From positions 5,935-69,934 of the forward strand of contig CAJQKT010000038.1 of assembly GCA_905478995.1 (NCBI GenBank): a DNA stretch of 64,000 bases, written 5' to 3'. The notes below the pieces were generated by a model that was not told the origin of the DNA, made no database searches, and saw nothing but the letters and a program-made list of their open reading frames with translations. Below, in pieces: positions 30,327 through 42,200 of the stretch. Position 1 is the stretch's first letter. Every line of letters begins with the position of its first letter. This DNA comes from an uncultured Pseudomonadales bacterium (GTDB taxonomy: Bacteria > Pseudomonadota > Gammaproteobacteria > Pseudomonadales > UBA7434). The position numbers were made by a program, and so were the translations under genes.

Positions 30327-30986
30327 ACCATACTCCTGGAGAATTAATTGTTAAATGACTTTTTGGAGGATAACCGCTGTTACTAACCCACTACAAGTTA
30401 ATTATATGTACGGCAAACGAAAACGCGGAGACCCGGAAGATCCAGCAGAAAGTCCGAAAAAGCCTCCCCTATCACACGCCCTAACCGGATGTTTTTTGAT
30501 CAGCCTTAGAGGCATGTAGCGCCGCAAACTGAGGCGAAAACCAGCCCCAATGGATCGAACTGCGGCAGGCCCCTCAATTAACCGGCCTCGCCCCTACTTT
30601 TGCCGCAGTGCTCTAAAAAATCAGCGCTTTAAATCTTGGAAAAAGGCGCCTTGCGCACAGCGCGCCTATATTCTGCGCTTTTTATTATCTGGCGCACCGT
30701 TTATCGCTCTTACAGGCACGTTTGTCTTGCGTGCCATTCAAATTAAGGCCAATCAAGTGCTTAATACCAAGGTTAGATCGCTTGATACCTAAACAGCGAT
30801 TGTCGGCTCTCCCATCGGTTATTAGATAGCCAGTTTCATTGAGCCACAAACCACGCTTCATTCGTTTTGCAAAAAATATAATCTTGAAAACTGATGCCAA
30901 GAAAAACTGTGATCTTGGTAGTCATTTAATCCGTATTGACCAGTTATGAGTTGATTACTGGAAATACCCTAAGGCGGTAAGTCACT

Positions 30987-33900
30987 ATGTATAAGAAGTT
31001 TTTTAAACGTCCCCTTCACCTTTTTGCCACGGCACCAGCATTGATTATGCTGAGCACCCTTTCTAGTTGCGGTGGCGGTGGCGGTGGTAGCGATCCCGTT
31101 ATTGCAGCAGTAGGCGAACCTCAAGCTACGACTAACCGTTGCAAAAATGTCCCCGGACAACCTATTCCCACTCAAGAAGACGGATTTCCCGGCCCAGACC
31201 TAAACATTGCCGGCGAATGGGTTTTGCAGCCACAGTTAAGCGATGAATTTGACGGAACTTCGGTCGACACCAACAAGTGGTCATTCCAAACTGGCCTTGG
31301 CGGTGGTTGGGGTAATTCTGAATTACAAAACTATCGGGCAGAAAATGCCAAGGTGGCTAACGGGCAACTTATCATTACCGGCACTAAAAGCGGCAGCAAT
31401 TATTTTTCAGCGCGCATGCGCAGCATCGAAAAAATGTCGTTCACTTATGGTCGCGTCGAAGCACAAATTCAAGCGCCGGCAGGATTAGGCCTCTGGCCAG
31501 CATTTTGGATGTTGCCTGATGATTCGCCGTACATTGCCGAAGATGCCGAAGGTAATGGCTGGGGCGGCACCGGCGAAATCGATATTTTTGAAGCGTTCAA
31601 CCCTGGCGCGGGCGATAATGTTTTCGCCTCCGACGAGAGTGGCGGCACCATCTGGCATGGCATGCTATTCCCCAGCCAGCAGTCAAGAGGAGCGGTCGTC
31701 AAGAATGATGCCACCCAGCCGCACACTTATGCCATTGAGTGGGAAGCCAATCAAATCCGCTGGTATTTAGATGGCGAGCACTATCAAACCATTGGTGCCG
31801 ATCACTACTACAGCTACTACTGGGGCGGTCAAGATACGGGCTATGTTAGAGCAGCTCCTGGCGCACCTTACGACACAAATTTCCATATTTTATTGAACCT
31901 CGCTATTGGCGGCAACGGTCCGACCTATTCACCGGACAACAGCAATGTATGGCCAGCTGAAATGAAAGTCGACTTCGTGCGCGTATTCAAGTGCATGGTG
32001 AATGGCGAAGAAAGCCCAACGGGCGCTGGCTGTGCAGGTACGCTGGATGCCGGGGGTTTAATGACTGGCTCCAATACAATTAACCCCGATGTTGAAATGC
32101 CCGCAGCCAAAGATGCTTTTGTAGCCTCACAAATGCTGTTTGATAGCGGTGTTAACGATCTCCTTTTTTGTGATGGGCTCAACCCCTTAGCGCATGAAAT
32201 AAACCTAACCGTCATTGACCCTGACGGTGTTGTTTCAGTTAATGCAGCAGCGACTGCCAGCGATAACTCTGACGGTCACGGCAACGTGTTGGATATTGTT
32301 GTTACCGAAACCTCAGAACCTGCCGGCTTTGCTTTTGAGCCTACGCAGCCCGATCAGATCCCTAACTGTGATGACGACGAACTGACAGACAATCCTGATT
32401 GCCTACCCGTCAAGTCACTGACACTTGTGGGCATGGGTGACGACGGCCAGGGTAACGCTGAACTGAAAATGGACATTTATATCGATAGCGCCAACACGGA
32501 GCTTGGGACTGCTGAGAATCCAGCCACTTTCAGTATTTTTATGGAAGATACAGCAGCACTGCTGGCCGAGTCAGCTCCTTCGGATGATCGATGCGCTGCA
32601 ACCGGTATTAGCTCAAAAGAAATCGCGTTTGACGAGCTTCCGCATGACCAATGGACCACCTTGAGCGTGCAGCTCAATGAAATTGCTCCAGGTCTTAAAG
32701 CCGATGAGGTCACCAAGCTTTTTGGCCTAATGGTAGAGGGCAAGGCTCACATTCAACTGGATAACGTAGAGATCATTTGTGCCAACCCATCAGAAGATGG
32801 TTGTGGTATAGCACCACCGGCGGCCAATGATTTTGGCGATGCTTTCGTTGTTTTTGGCCCCTACGAGGCAACCGCTAAATATGAGGCAGGCGATGGCGTA
32901 CCGCCTATCTGGACCAATGGAATCCGCGCTTGGGATACAACCATTCAAACGGATTACATTGACGGCGAGACCGACAACCATGTGCGCTGGAGAGAGGTAT
33001 TCGCAGACGGTTTAGATGCCGACGGCGCACCTCGAGCCAAAGTGCTAGAGGTTGAGTTTGCCGATGACGGCAAAAACACTGATGGCCTTTTCTATATTCA
33101 GTCGAATGTCACCAACGATTTGAGGAGCTACATTGCTGGTAAACTAGTCTTTGATATGCGCGTGACAGAAGGCGATACCACCGACTTCACTTGGAAAATA
33201 GACTGCCGCTATCCGTGTGGCACGGGTGATCAAACTCTGCTGGGTGTAGAGCCCGATGGTGAATGGCAAACCTTTGAAATTTTAGTTTCCGAGGCGATTC
33301 TCAAAGGGCTAGACATCGGCAAGGTCAACACGCCATTAGTCTTATTCCCATCATTTGGCACACCTGGCCAACAAGGCACAACGATACAGCTGGATAACAT
33401 TAAGTGGACGATAGACGGTGGCGAACCACCACCACCGCCACCACCGCTTGGTAGTCAGCCACCAACCTTTGCGCCTGCAGGCACTGAAATAGTCTACGAA
33501 AGCACACCTGCTGCTCCGTGGACCTTCTTTAACTGCTGTGGCGGCGGCGCCATACAAGAAGATGTAGTCGCTAATGACCCTGACTACCCAGGCTATGGCG
33601 ATGTGTTGCAGCTTAGCTACACTACCAACCAAGGTACAGTCACTGGCTTGAACACACTACCTTTGAATGTTGGCATTGACATCAGCAGCTATGCAGGCGG
33701 TTCGCTGGAGTTTGATGCCAAGATAGTGTCAAACCCCGACTCCTGTGCGCCATGGTTAATGAAAGTTGAAGGCCCAGGCGTAGAGCTTCCATTGTCAGCA
33801 GGCCTAGGCGGCGTGAACAAGCCAGAAGGGCAATGGGCCCATTATTCGTTCAAACTTGAAGGGCCGCTCGCCGGCCTAAATAAAACCCGCTGGGACAAGC

Positions 33901-33992
33901 TCATGATCTTCCCACGCTGGCAGTCGGCTCAGGGCGGGGTAATTCAGATCGATAATATCCATATCGCTCCGGCTCCACCCCCAGCTCCTTAG
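30987..33992 (+). CDS. Surface lipoprotein GH16 beta-1,3-glucanase (laminarinase-like) with three C-terminal carbohydrate-binding-like modules
   Basis: It has a lipobox LSSC followed by GGGGGGS, WGN.ELQ.Y, GLWPAFWMLP and the catalytic GEIDIFE (ExDxxE). It has about 650 aa of C-terminal beta-sandwich-like sequence in three segments, ending HIQLDNVEI, TIQLDNIKW and VIQIDNIHI. There is a PPPPPPP linker and a Pro-rich C-terminus. Confidence 0.8.
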   Translation: MYKKFFKRPLHLFATAPALIMLSTLSSCGGGGGGSDPVIAAVGEPQATTNRCKNVPGQPIPTQEDGFPGPDLNIAGEWVLQPQLSDEFDGTSVDTNKWSFQTGLGGGWGNSELQNYRAENAKVANGQLIITGTKSGSNYFSARMRSIEKMSFTYGRVEAQIQAPAGLGLWPAFWMLPDDSPYIAEDAEGNGWGGTGEIDIFEAFNPGAGDNVFASDESGGTIWHGMLFPSQQSRGAVVKNDATQPHTYAIEWEANQIRWYLDGEHYQTIGADHYYSYYWGGQDTGYVRAAPGAPYDTNFHILLNLAIGGNGPTYSPDNSNVWPAEMKVDFVRVFKCMVNGEESPTGAGCAGTLDAGGLMTGSNTINPDVEMPAAKDAFVASQMLFDSGVNDLLFCDGLNPLAHEINLTVIDPDGVVSVNAAATASDNSDGHGNVLDIVVTETSEPAGFAFEPTQPDQIPNCDDDELTDNPDCLPVKSLTLVGMGDDGQGNAELKMDIYIDSANTELGTAENPATFSIFMEDTAALLAESAPSDDRCAATGISSKEIAFDELPHDQWTTLSVQLNEIAPGLKADEVTKLFGLMVEGKAHIQLDNVEIICANPSEDGCGIAPPAANDFGDAFVVFGPYEATAKYEAGDGVPPIWTNGIRAWDTTIQTDYIDGETDNHVRWREVFADGLDADGAPRAKVLEVEFADDGKNTDGLFYIQSNVTNDLRSYIAGKLVFDMRVTEGDTTDFTWKIDCRYPCGTGDQTLLGVEPDGEWQTFEILVSEAILKGLDIGKVNTPLVLFPSFGTPGQQGTTIQLDNIKWTIDGGEPPPPPPPLGSQPPTFAPAGTEIVYESTPAAPWTFFNCCGGGAIQEDVVANDPDYPGYGDVLQLSYTTNQGTVTGLNTLPLNVGIDISSYAGGSLEFDAKIVSNPDSCAPWLMKVEGPGVELPLSAGLGGVNKPEGQWAHYSFKLEGPLAGLNKTRWDKLMIFPRWQSAQGGVIQIDNIHIAPAPPPAP

Positions 33993-34035
33993 TAAGCGGA
34001 GATAAACCATAAGGTTACTGCCTAGTAACCTACAA

Positions 34036-34066
34036 CAAAAAAGCCAAGCATTAGCTTGGCTTTTTT
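34036..34066. terminator. Bidirectional rho-independent terminator between the GH16 lipoprotein gene and the TBDR operon
   Basis: AAAAAA-GCCAAGC-atta-GCTTGGC-TTTTTT. Confidence 0.75.
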
Positions 34067-34298
34067 GTTGTTATAGAAAACACCCTTAGCACTATTTGCA
34101 GGCTAAGCGTGATAATAAAGCGCAAATGAAGCCCTAGTAGTAGTAGTCGTAGTCGTCAATAAACCTGCCCAGCAGAGGACAAAATGAAAGCAAACATCGG
34201 TCTACGGCGCTAAAACCAATAAGCGCAATGACCCACCGTAAGCAACCGCGCCTCGCCGACGCCTCTTGCCGAGCTCTCTTGCTCAGCCTTATGACACT

Positions 34299-35786
34299 TT
34301 AGGACGCGCCACGACAATAATGATTAATGAAGTCGCTGTGGCTAGGCAACTGACCCACCTTCGCTTTTACATTGCGTTTAATTTCGCTTAAAAAACCTTC
34401 TAACTCGCGATCACTCATCATATTAACAATCGGGTGGTATTGTTCCGGCGTAATGCCCTGCCCCAACATCACTTGCACCCAGGAATTCTCAGAAAATAAC
34501 TCGTCCGGCATTTGAAATACTCGCCCGGTCTGCTTAAATAAATCTATCCGATGCTCTAGTGAGTCTGGTAATGACATACTGCTAACATATCGCCAAAAGT
34601 CGGTGTCTCTGCGATTAGTCACATGATAATGAAGAATAATAAAGTCACGAATATGCTCTGTCTCTTGCTTCATTTGACGGTTAAACTCAGCAACATCGGG
34701 ATCGCGAATGCCATCGTAGGGGAACATTTGCATAAGCCGTATAACCGCACGCTGAATCAAATGAATACTGGTTGACTCTAACGGCTCAATAAACCCGCCC
34801 GACAAACCTATAGCCACACAGTTTTTATTCCAATGCAGAGCGCGCTGGCCTGTAGTGAACTTAATGGGGTTAGGCTCGGTGCGAACGGGGCCTTCGATAT
34901 TACCCAGTAACGTTTGCAATGCGTTGTCATCCGACTGATATTGGCTGCTATAGACCAAACCGTTACCCACTCTTGACTGCAACGGAATGCGCCACTGCCA
35001 GCCGCTGTCTCGCGCAATGGAGCGCGTATAAGGCACTGGTGCGCGCACCGACTCTGTTTGAATGGCAATTGCGCTATCGCAAGGCAACCAATGTGTCCAA
35101 TCTTCGTAGCCTGTTTTTAATGTCTGTTCCATCAGTAACGCCCGGAAGCCACTGCAATCAATGAATAAGTCGCCGCTCACCACCTCACCTGACTCAAGCT
35201 TTACGCTCTCGATAAAACCTGAAGTGGCGTTCGTAGCCACATGATTGATTTTTCCCTCAATACGCTTACAACCGCCCTTCTCGGCTAGGCCTCGCAAAAA
35301 CTTAGCGTACAACCCCGAGTCAATATGGTATGCATAATTAAGCCCCTCACCTTTCGTGATCGCAAACTTATTAAGCTTGGCCGCAATAAGCTCAGGGCAG
35401 TAATCGCCATAATCGGTGCTTAGTCCGCGCTCCTTCCCCTTAAGCCAAAAGTGTTGAAAACCTGCGGCCCAACAATCTTTACCTGTCCAGCCAAATGAAT
35501 GAATGTAATCCTCACTAACATTACGCCAGTTTTCAAACGATATGCCCAACTTAAAAGTCGCGTTTACGGCCGTCAAAAAATCCTGCTCATTGATTTTTAG
35601 CAGTTGATGCAAAGTAAATAGCGTTGGAATAGTCGCTTCACCCACCCCCACCGTACCTATTTGTTCCGATTCGACTAAGCAAAGTTCAAAGTTTTTTCCT
35701 AGCAACGTTGCCAGCGACGCAGCGGTTATCCAGCCTGCCGTGCCGCCTCCAACAACCACTACTTTTTTCACTTTATTCATCATCAA
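34299..35786 (-). CDS. Flavin-dependent tryptophan-halogenase-family protein (canonical WxWxIP)
   Basis: It has N-terminal VVVGGGTAGW (GxGxxG), FKLGISFENW, GWQWRIPL (WxWxIP) and GFIEPLESTSIHL. Confidence 0.8.
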   Translation of the reverse strand: MMMNKVKKVVVVGGGTAGWITAASLATLLGKNFELCLVESEQIGTVGVGEATIPTLFTLHQLLKINEQDFLTAVNATFKLGISFENWRNVSEDYIHSFGWTGKDCWAAGFQHFWLKGKERGLSTDYGDYCPELIAAKLNKFAITKGEGLNYAYHIDSGLYAKFLRGLAEKGGCKRIEGKINHVATNATSGFIESVKLESGEVVSGDLFIDCSGFRALLMEQTLKTGYEDWTHWLPCDSAIAIQTESVRAPVPYTRSIARDSGWQWRIPLQSRVGNGLVYSSQYQSDDNALQTLLGNIEGPVRTEPNPIKFTTGQRALHWNKNCVAIGLSGGFIEPLESTSIHLIQRAVIRLMQMFPYDGIRDPDVAEFNRQMKQETEHIRDFIILHYHVTNRRDTDFWRYVSSMSLPDSLEHRIDLFKQTGRVFQMPDELFSENSWVQVMLGQGITPEQYHPIVNMMSDRELEGFLSEIKRNVKAKVGQLPSHSDFINHYCRGAS

Positions 35787-35807
35787 ACCTTTTAATTGGC
35801 AGGCCGC

Positions 35808-36842
35808 TTAATCTTTTAAATTATTGCTTAACTGCTGGCGAATAGACTGAGCCAGCTTTTCATTCAACGGACCCAGCACGCCACGCCGCGCCTTAGGTAT
35901 ATGCGCAACACTTTCTTCGTCACTATCAAACACATAAAAATTGAGCATGTTCTGCCAAATGACTCGCTGCTCTTCGGGCAACGATTTAAACGCCAACAAA
36001 GCATGCAGCAATGCATCAGACGGAGCACCGGTATACTCTGGCGTAGAACGCCACCAATAGTTGACCAAAATATTAAATGCATCGAAAGACTCAACATGGT
36101 GCCACCACATGCTGGGTAGATATAGTGCATCGCCAGGCTCAAGCTCGGCCACTTGAGCCGCTTTTATAGCGTCGCGAAACTTAGGGTATTTTTCATAATC
36201 AGGATGATCAAAATCAACCAAACTAATCGCCTGCCCTGCTGGCGTAAAATCGATTGGACCCACATATAAATTGCCCAACTGCTCAGGTGGAAATAACGTA
36301 AAACGCCGATGACCGGCAACGCAGCAAGCAATATTACTCGGGAAATCATAGTGTGCCGCAATTTTACTTTGATTACCCAGCCAAATACTGGCCAGCGGAT
36401 CATACGCCTCAAGCGCAAGATCATTATGCTGCCTAAATGCTGGAAACCAATGATCAATATTGGTTGAGCCAACATAACAGGTGGGGACTTTAGCATCACC
36501 TAGAGCATGAGACTCGCTGCCAACATATTTAAGCAGCTCCGCTAAAATCTCATCGAGCTTACCCCGCACCGCTTTAAAATTAAAGCCGCTCATGTCTTCG
36601 TTATAAAACAAACGGCCTTCGCTCTCGGGTGCTGCTAAGAATGCAACGACCGGTTTGCTATCATAAAACTGCAATAGGTACTCAATCGCTTTTTCTTTGG
36701 AATGCTGCCCGGCGCTCACCACCGGCCAATCTTTAACAAGGCCTTTTAATAAAATAGGCTGCGTCGACTGCATCACTTCGATAGGCAGATTAGATGAGTC
36801 ACATCCCTCTAAGACTTTAACGCTTTTTTCAATGTTCAACAT
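35808..36842 (-). CDS. JmjC/cupin-8-like Fe(II)/2-oxoglutarate oxygenase-fold protein ('Pass1-related')
   Basis: It has the HxD...H facial triad candidates AAHYDFP and WWHHVESF and a length of about 340 aa. Its start overlaps the SapC stop (ATGTTGA). Confidence 0.65.
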   Translation of the reverse strand: MLNIEKSVKVLEGCDSSNLPIEVMQSTQPILLKGLVKDWPVVSAGQHSKEKAIEYLLQFYDSKPVVAFLAAPESEGRLFYNEDMSGFNFKAVRGKLDEILAELLKYVGSESHALGDAKVPTCYVGSTNIDHWFPAFRQHNDLALEAYDPLASIWLGNQSKIAAHYDFPSNIACCVAGHRRFTLFPPEQLGNLYVGPIDFTPAGQAISLVDFDHPDYEKYPKFRDAIKAAQVAELEPGDALYLPSMWWHHVESFDAFNILVNYWWRSTPEYTGAPSDALLHALLAFKSLPEEQRVIWQNMLNFYVFDSDEESVAHIPKARRGVLGPLNEKLAQSIRQQLSNNLKD

Positions 36843-37540
36843 ACAAGGAGCTTATTTTTTTTGTCGACCAAATTGGCTAAACGTGAAAGCGATGCTACTG
36901 CCATAAAAAGCGGCTGCAAAAAATTCTGGTTATGCAGTTTGCCTAAAGCGTCTGCACTGAGCTCCCGTAATTTATCTTCATTAATCGTATAAAACCCTGT
37001 CAATTCATGCTCAACACCATCGGCCAACATAAGCTTCAAAGCTAACGACTCAAGCAATTCCAACTCCAGCAATTGCTCGATGAATACTTCGGTATCTTGA
37101 TAGGCGCCATGCAGCTCATTAAGCATTGCTGTGACATTTTTTAAAAAATCGGTACCTTCACCCATCTCATCAAATAATGCTTCGCCCTCTACTTTATTAA
37201 CGCGCGGGCTATCCATATCTATTGTGACAATTGGCTTTTCACCTTGAAAACCCACCATAAACGGTTGACGCAAGATGCTAGCGGGGATGTACGAGGCATC
37301 CCAACCTTCCTCATTCAAAAAAAGATTTTCTTTAGCCTTTAAACCGAGTAACGCCACCGGAAACAATTTACCAGTATTGCTATCTTTTTGAAAAAGAATG
37401 GGATAATCCGATTGGACATTTCTAAACTCAAATGGAAATGCAAGCGTTGCTATAACACAATCGCCATAGAGCTCCGAACGCTGGGTAACAATTTTTATAT
37501 CTTTGTGATCAACTGGGTTGAGTACAGCATGATTTTGCAT
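36836..37540 (-). CDS. SapC family protein
   Basis: The family resemblance is remembered: about 235 aa, N-terminal ..L.P..H.D.KI.....Y...., PI.F........P.ALLG. The conserved position is between TBDR-linked halogenase and cupin genes. The ATG at 37540 sits 7 nt after AGGTGG. Confidence 0.6.
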   Translation of the reverse strand: MQNHAVLNPVDHKDIKIVTQRSELYGDCVIATLAFPFEFRNVQSDYPILFQKDSNTGKLFPVALLGLKAKENLFLNEEGWDASYIPASILRQPFMVGFQGEKPIVTIDMDSPRVNKVEGEALFDEMGEGTDFLKNVTAMLNELHGAYQDTEVFIEQLLELELLESLALKLMLADGVEHELTGFYTINEDKLRELSADALGKLHNQNFLQPLFMAVASLSRLANLVDKKNKLLVC

Positions 37541-37604
37541 TGGCATTCCACCTATCAGTTCGCTTATGGTGACAGCAATGCCGCACAACCACACTTCACA
37601 TTAA

Positions 37605-39173
37605 TTAAATTTTTGGCAAGCCATATTGCATTATTTTATTGATCAGCTCACGATTGCTGGGCAAAGAGCCTAACAGCTGCTCGATTTTACGCCTGTTGTT
37701 TTGAAACTCGCCCATCGCTTTCGCAGCGGCATCTTTGGGCTGGCTTCGGTTAGCAGCCAGATGAGTTTTGCCCCCCATACCATAATAAACATATTGAAAG
37801 CTGGCCGGAGGAAACATGTCATCAATGAAGCGTCCATCCTGATGCCACGGACATTGGTGGCGCCAAAGGGTCACTAGCTCCTGCAGCCGCTCAGGAATGG
37901 TACCTTGATCACAATGATCGCGCCAATAGTCGGAGTCGTTACGCTGTGTCAAAATATAATGCAATTTTAAAAACTCAACAATACGCTGCCATTGAGTTAA
38001 GAATCTTTCGTTAAAGCGCCTGGCTAGTATATCCATTGCCTCGCGGTTAACAGGGAGTTGGTCGCTCAACATGGTGGCAGATAACTCAACCAACACAAGC
38101 GCCGAGGCTTCCAACGGTTCAATGAAACCAGCCGCAATACCGATGGCCACACAGTTTTTGTGCCAAAGTTTTTGTCGATACCCGGGGTTAATATTGAGCT
38201 CACGAACGTCTAGCGCACTGGCTTGCTGTACACCCAAGCCAATGGCAATGTATTCGCGCAGCTGCTGCTCAGCTTTTTCACGGGTAGTGTGCGCACTAGA
38301 GTATACGTAGCCCACGCCACGACGATGAGGTAAGCCAATATCCCAAATCCAGCCGGCCGTTTGAGCAGTGGCCAATGTTGCTGAGGCTACTGGATCGTCG
38401 GCTCGAGCGTAAGGCACCTGTGCGGCCAGCGCTGTATCGTTAAATAAAATATCTTGCTGGCTGACTAACGGAATTTGATAGTGCTGGCCTAGTAATAGTG
38501 AAGCAAAGCCCGTGCAATCGATAAATAAGTCGCCTTGAATAGGCTCACCCGAATGCAGGCTAAGTGAAGCGATATCGCCATTGGGGTGTGAATTTATTTC
38601 ACTAATGTTGGCCAGCACATGAGTGACACCCAGTTTTTCTACGCAATGCTTTTGCAAAAAACTTGAAAACTTAGCCGAATCAAGATGGTAACCATAGTTT
38701 GCCACTGGGGCATATTCAGGCGTAGCAATTTGTTTAGGCGCCAGACCATGCTCACACAAGCTACTTTGGGCGCTTACCGCATCGGCAAAGCTAACCTGCT
38801 CGCTAAATGCCTGCCAAGCGGCCGCCAAATTAACATCATCGTAGCCCTGAGGCAGTGAGAAAGGGTGATAGTAGGTCTCTGATTTGCCATGCGTCCATCC
38901 GACAAACTTCGAACCCTGCTTAAAACTGGCAGAACACTCACGAATAAAGTCGGTTTCGGAAACACCAATGCGCTTCAAGGTCGCGCGCATTGAAGGCCAA
39001 GTACCCTCTCCCACGCCAATGGGCGCAATATCAGGCGACTCAATCAATGTAATATGAAAATCAGCTGAGGCTACTGCAGCGCGATCAGCGGCTAAAATGG
39101 CGGCAGACAGCCATCCCGCCGTGCCACCACCCGCAATGACAACCTGCTTAACGTTTGGATTCATTTTTGACAT
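37605..39173 (-). CDS. Flavin-dependent tryptophan-halogenase-family protein (divergent WxWxIG)
   Basis: It has VVIAGGGTAGW, FKQGSKFVGW, GWIWDIGL (Pro of WxWxIP replaced by Gly) and GFIEPLEASALVL. Confidence 0.8.
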   Translation of the reverse strand: MSKMNPNVKQVVIAGGGTAGWLSAAILAADRAAVASADFHITLIESPDIAPIGVGEGTWPSMRATLKRIGVSETDFIRECSASFKQGSKFVGWTHGKSETYYHPFSLPQGYDDVNLAAAWQAFSEQVSFADAVSAQSSLCEHGLAPKQIATPEYAPVANYGYHLDSAKFSSFLQKHCVEKLGVTHVLANISEINSHPNGDIASLSLHSGEPIQGDLFIDCTGFASLLLGQHYQIPLVSQQDILFNDTALAAQVPYARADDPVASATLATAQTAGWIWDIGLPHRRGVGYVYSSAHTTREKAEQQLREYIAIGLGVQQASALDVRELNINPGYRQKLWHKNCVAIGIAAGFIEPLEASALVLVELSATMLSDQLPVNREAMDILARRFNERFLTQWQRIVEFLKLHYILTQRNDSDYWRDHCDQGTIPERLQELVTLWRHQCPWHQDGRFIDDMFPPASFQYVYYGMGGKTHLAANRSQPKDAAAKAMGEFQNNRRKIEQLLGSLPSNRELINKIMQYGLPKI

Positions 39174-39224
39174 ATAAAAAAAAAGCCTTTTCTAATGAAA
39201 AGGCTTTTTGCAACCTTTCACTAA

Positions 39225-42200
39225 CTAGTACTTAATACGTGCGCCAAAGTTATAGCGAGCACCTGTTTGCGCCGCGTTCAACACCTGCATTTTAGTACGA
39301 CCATGCGCGCGTGTTGTTTCATCGGTAATGTTAATACCTTCAACAAATACGGTCAGAAACTCACTGACGTCATAGCTGGCCGAAAAATCCCACTGACCGT
39401 ACTCTTCTGTGTAAGTTGGCTCAGTAGTGCCTGCACTATGACCAATGCCCGCCAAAAACGAGTCACGCCAGTTATAAGCTATCCGTGCTTGCAAACCTTC
39501 TTTGTCGTAATAAGCGATTAAATTCGCCGAATCGCTCAAACCGGTAACCACAAACTGTGTATCTCTTACATCAGCGCGGTTATCGTAACCCACATTAGCA
39601 TCTACAAACGTTATATTAGTGATCATGCCAAATCCAGAGTCACCAAAGGGATGCTGTAAAGCGATTTCCCAACCATCAATGGTGGCCTCACCCGTATTCA
39701 CCCGAGTAGCAATATCGAACAGAAGCTCTTCTTCACCCGGAACACCTTGAATAGTCCCTGCATCAGCATTAACTTCGTCTCGCCCAAAATAGTTGGCCAA
39801 TATTTCTGTGCGAATACTTAACGAGTCACTAGGTTTTCCTTCAGCCTCAAGTGCACTCTTCACCTCATTGTAAAGATCCCCGCCTATCGGGGTTCCTGGA
39901 GCCACAGGCAGATCTAGTGATTGATTTTGCTCTGTAAACGAGCCGATATAGTTTTCTACATTTTTAGTGAAATAGGTGACCGAAAAATAACTCTCATCGG
40001 TAAAGTACCATTCTACCGAAAAATCCCAGTTAGTTGAGGTGTAAGGCAGCAAGGCAGGATTACCACGCGAGCCTGCACCACCGCTTTCCTGAGCCGGTGT
40101 GGCTATACTCAAGCCACCCTGAATTTCGCTATAACTGGGGCGAGTAACTGTTTTACTAAATGAGACGCGAGTTTTTATATTCTCGATAGGCTCAACATTA
40201 ATATCAATATTGGGCAGCAGGTGGTCGTAGCTACCGGTTTGACGCCCCTCGAGCGCATCGCCAAACGTAACCGCAAAGTCACCCCCATCGGTCACCCACG
40301 TTGAATACAGCGGAGTGAGCGTAGAAAACGGCGAGTCTACTTCGGTTTCCTCGTAGCGCAAGCCCGCATAAAGATTAACCGGCATGGCCGTATCGAAAGA
40401 AATATTGTACTGAACATAAGCTGAAATAGTGTCTTCTTGCGCCTCTAGCCTATTAGCAAACTCTCCATTGAAATCAGAGTTTGCACAAAATGCCGTCCCG
40501 CAATCACCATACCCACCAGACAACGCCGCACTCGGCTCCGATGATATGGCAACAAGGCCATCTCTCTCGATTAAGATGTTAGCTCGCTCTACAATGGCGT
40601 CGAGTGAACTGGTAAAAAAATCTGTTTGCATGCGCGGATCATCACCACCTGAAATCTGGTCGAATGCACCGGCAATAGAGCCAGGGTAAAGAATATCGGT
40701 AAGATCAGCCTCGTCACCTACACCTGCCCAAGTACCGCGCTGCACGTTAGTGCTCGCCGATTTATTGTTCACCTTAGTTAACTGCACACCAAAATCGATG
40801 CTCGAAATGTCATCTATTTGAAATTCAGCCGACACCGTGGCCTGATTAATTTCCATTTTGTTTTGTGTGTTAGAAAAGACGCTTCCGCCTATTGAGTAAG
40901 CATCTGGATCTAGCGACTCGCCATTGCGGTTAAGTGTTGGATCAAGATCGAGCTCTAGCACGGGCAAATCACCCGCATTAAAGTAGGTGGTGGTGCCTCG
41001 CCTGTTATTTTGTAGTAAACCGACATTAGCCGAGGTACCGTATTCACTGTTAGGGCCAAAGGTGGCGGTCGACTCATGATAGTCGAGGCCAATAGAGAGT
41101 CGATCGTTAGGCTGCCAACTTAAATTAAAACCGAGTGATTTATTTTCGCTGGTGCCGCCATCTTCACCGATACTGGTTACAAAGTCGGTCGCGGCATTTT
41201 GTTCAGAATAAAATAGAGCGGATTCGTTTGAATTATCCGGCCCATTGGTCCAACTGCTTCTAGCTTCTGCGGGGAACTGATACCAGCCACCAATATTAGT
41301 GTAGCGGCGCGTTAGATCGAGCTCGGCATAGGTATAATCGATGGTGCCTCGCAAGCTATCAATAGGCTGCCACTGCAAGGTCAGCTGGCCATTAATACGC
41401 TCTCGCTCAAACTCGGCGATGTTATAAGTGGTGTTTCTTGGCACAGCATAAAAATCACCACCTGACGGCCTATTAATATGCTGTGTTGGGTCATTAATCT
41501 GTTGATCGAGCCGGTCATTAAGTGCAAAACCGTCATCGGCATAAATCTGGCCGCCTTTAACAGCCGTGGCAGGAAACTGAAACCAACCTGCGGTGCCGCC
41601 GGAGTTTTCACCGCTGTCGCGACGCTGGAAACTGGCGCTTACGGCAATGCCCAACGTGTCGTCTAACAAAGTTGTACTAAAGAGCCCTGAATACTCAGGC
41701 GTGACCGAATCACCTTCTTCTGTTGACGTATCGTGCACCAATTTAACGCCCGCTGTAGCTCGTAAACCCGGGTTGTCTAAAGGCTTGGTGGTGATGACGT
41801 TAACCGTGGCGCCAATACCGCCTGTGGGCAATGTTGCATTGCCTGATTTGAAAACCTCTACACCGGCAATACCTTCAGATGCGATGTTGGCAAAGTCAAA
41901 AGAACGCCCAGCACCACTTTGCGTGGGCAGCTGACGGCCATTAAATGTCACTAGGTTAAAATCAGGCCCTAGGCCTCGCACTGTAATACGGCTACCTTCA
42001 CCGCGAGAGCGATCAATTGACACGCCCGTTATGCGCTGAAGAGATTCTGCTAAGTTAGTGTCAGGGAACTTACCAATATCATCGGCACTAATGGCATCCA
42101 CAATACCTTTCGCATCGCGCTTAGTGTCCATTGCGCGCTTCAAGCTCGCACGAATACCCATTACGGTGACTTCTTCAATCGCTTCTGATTGCGCCATTAT

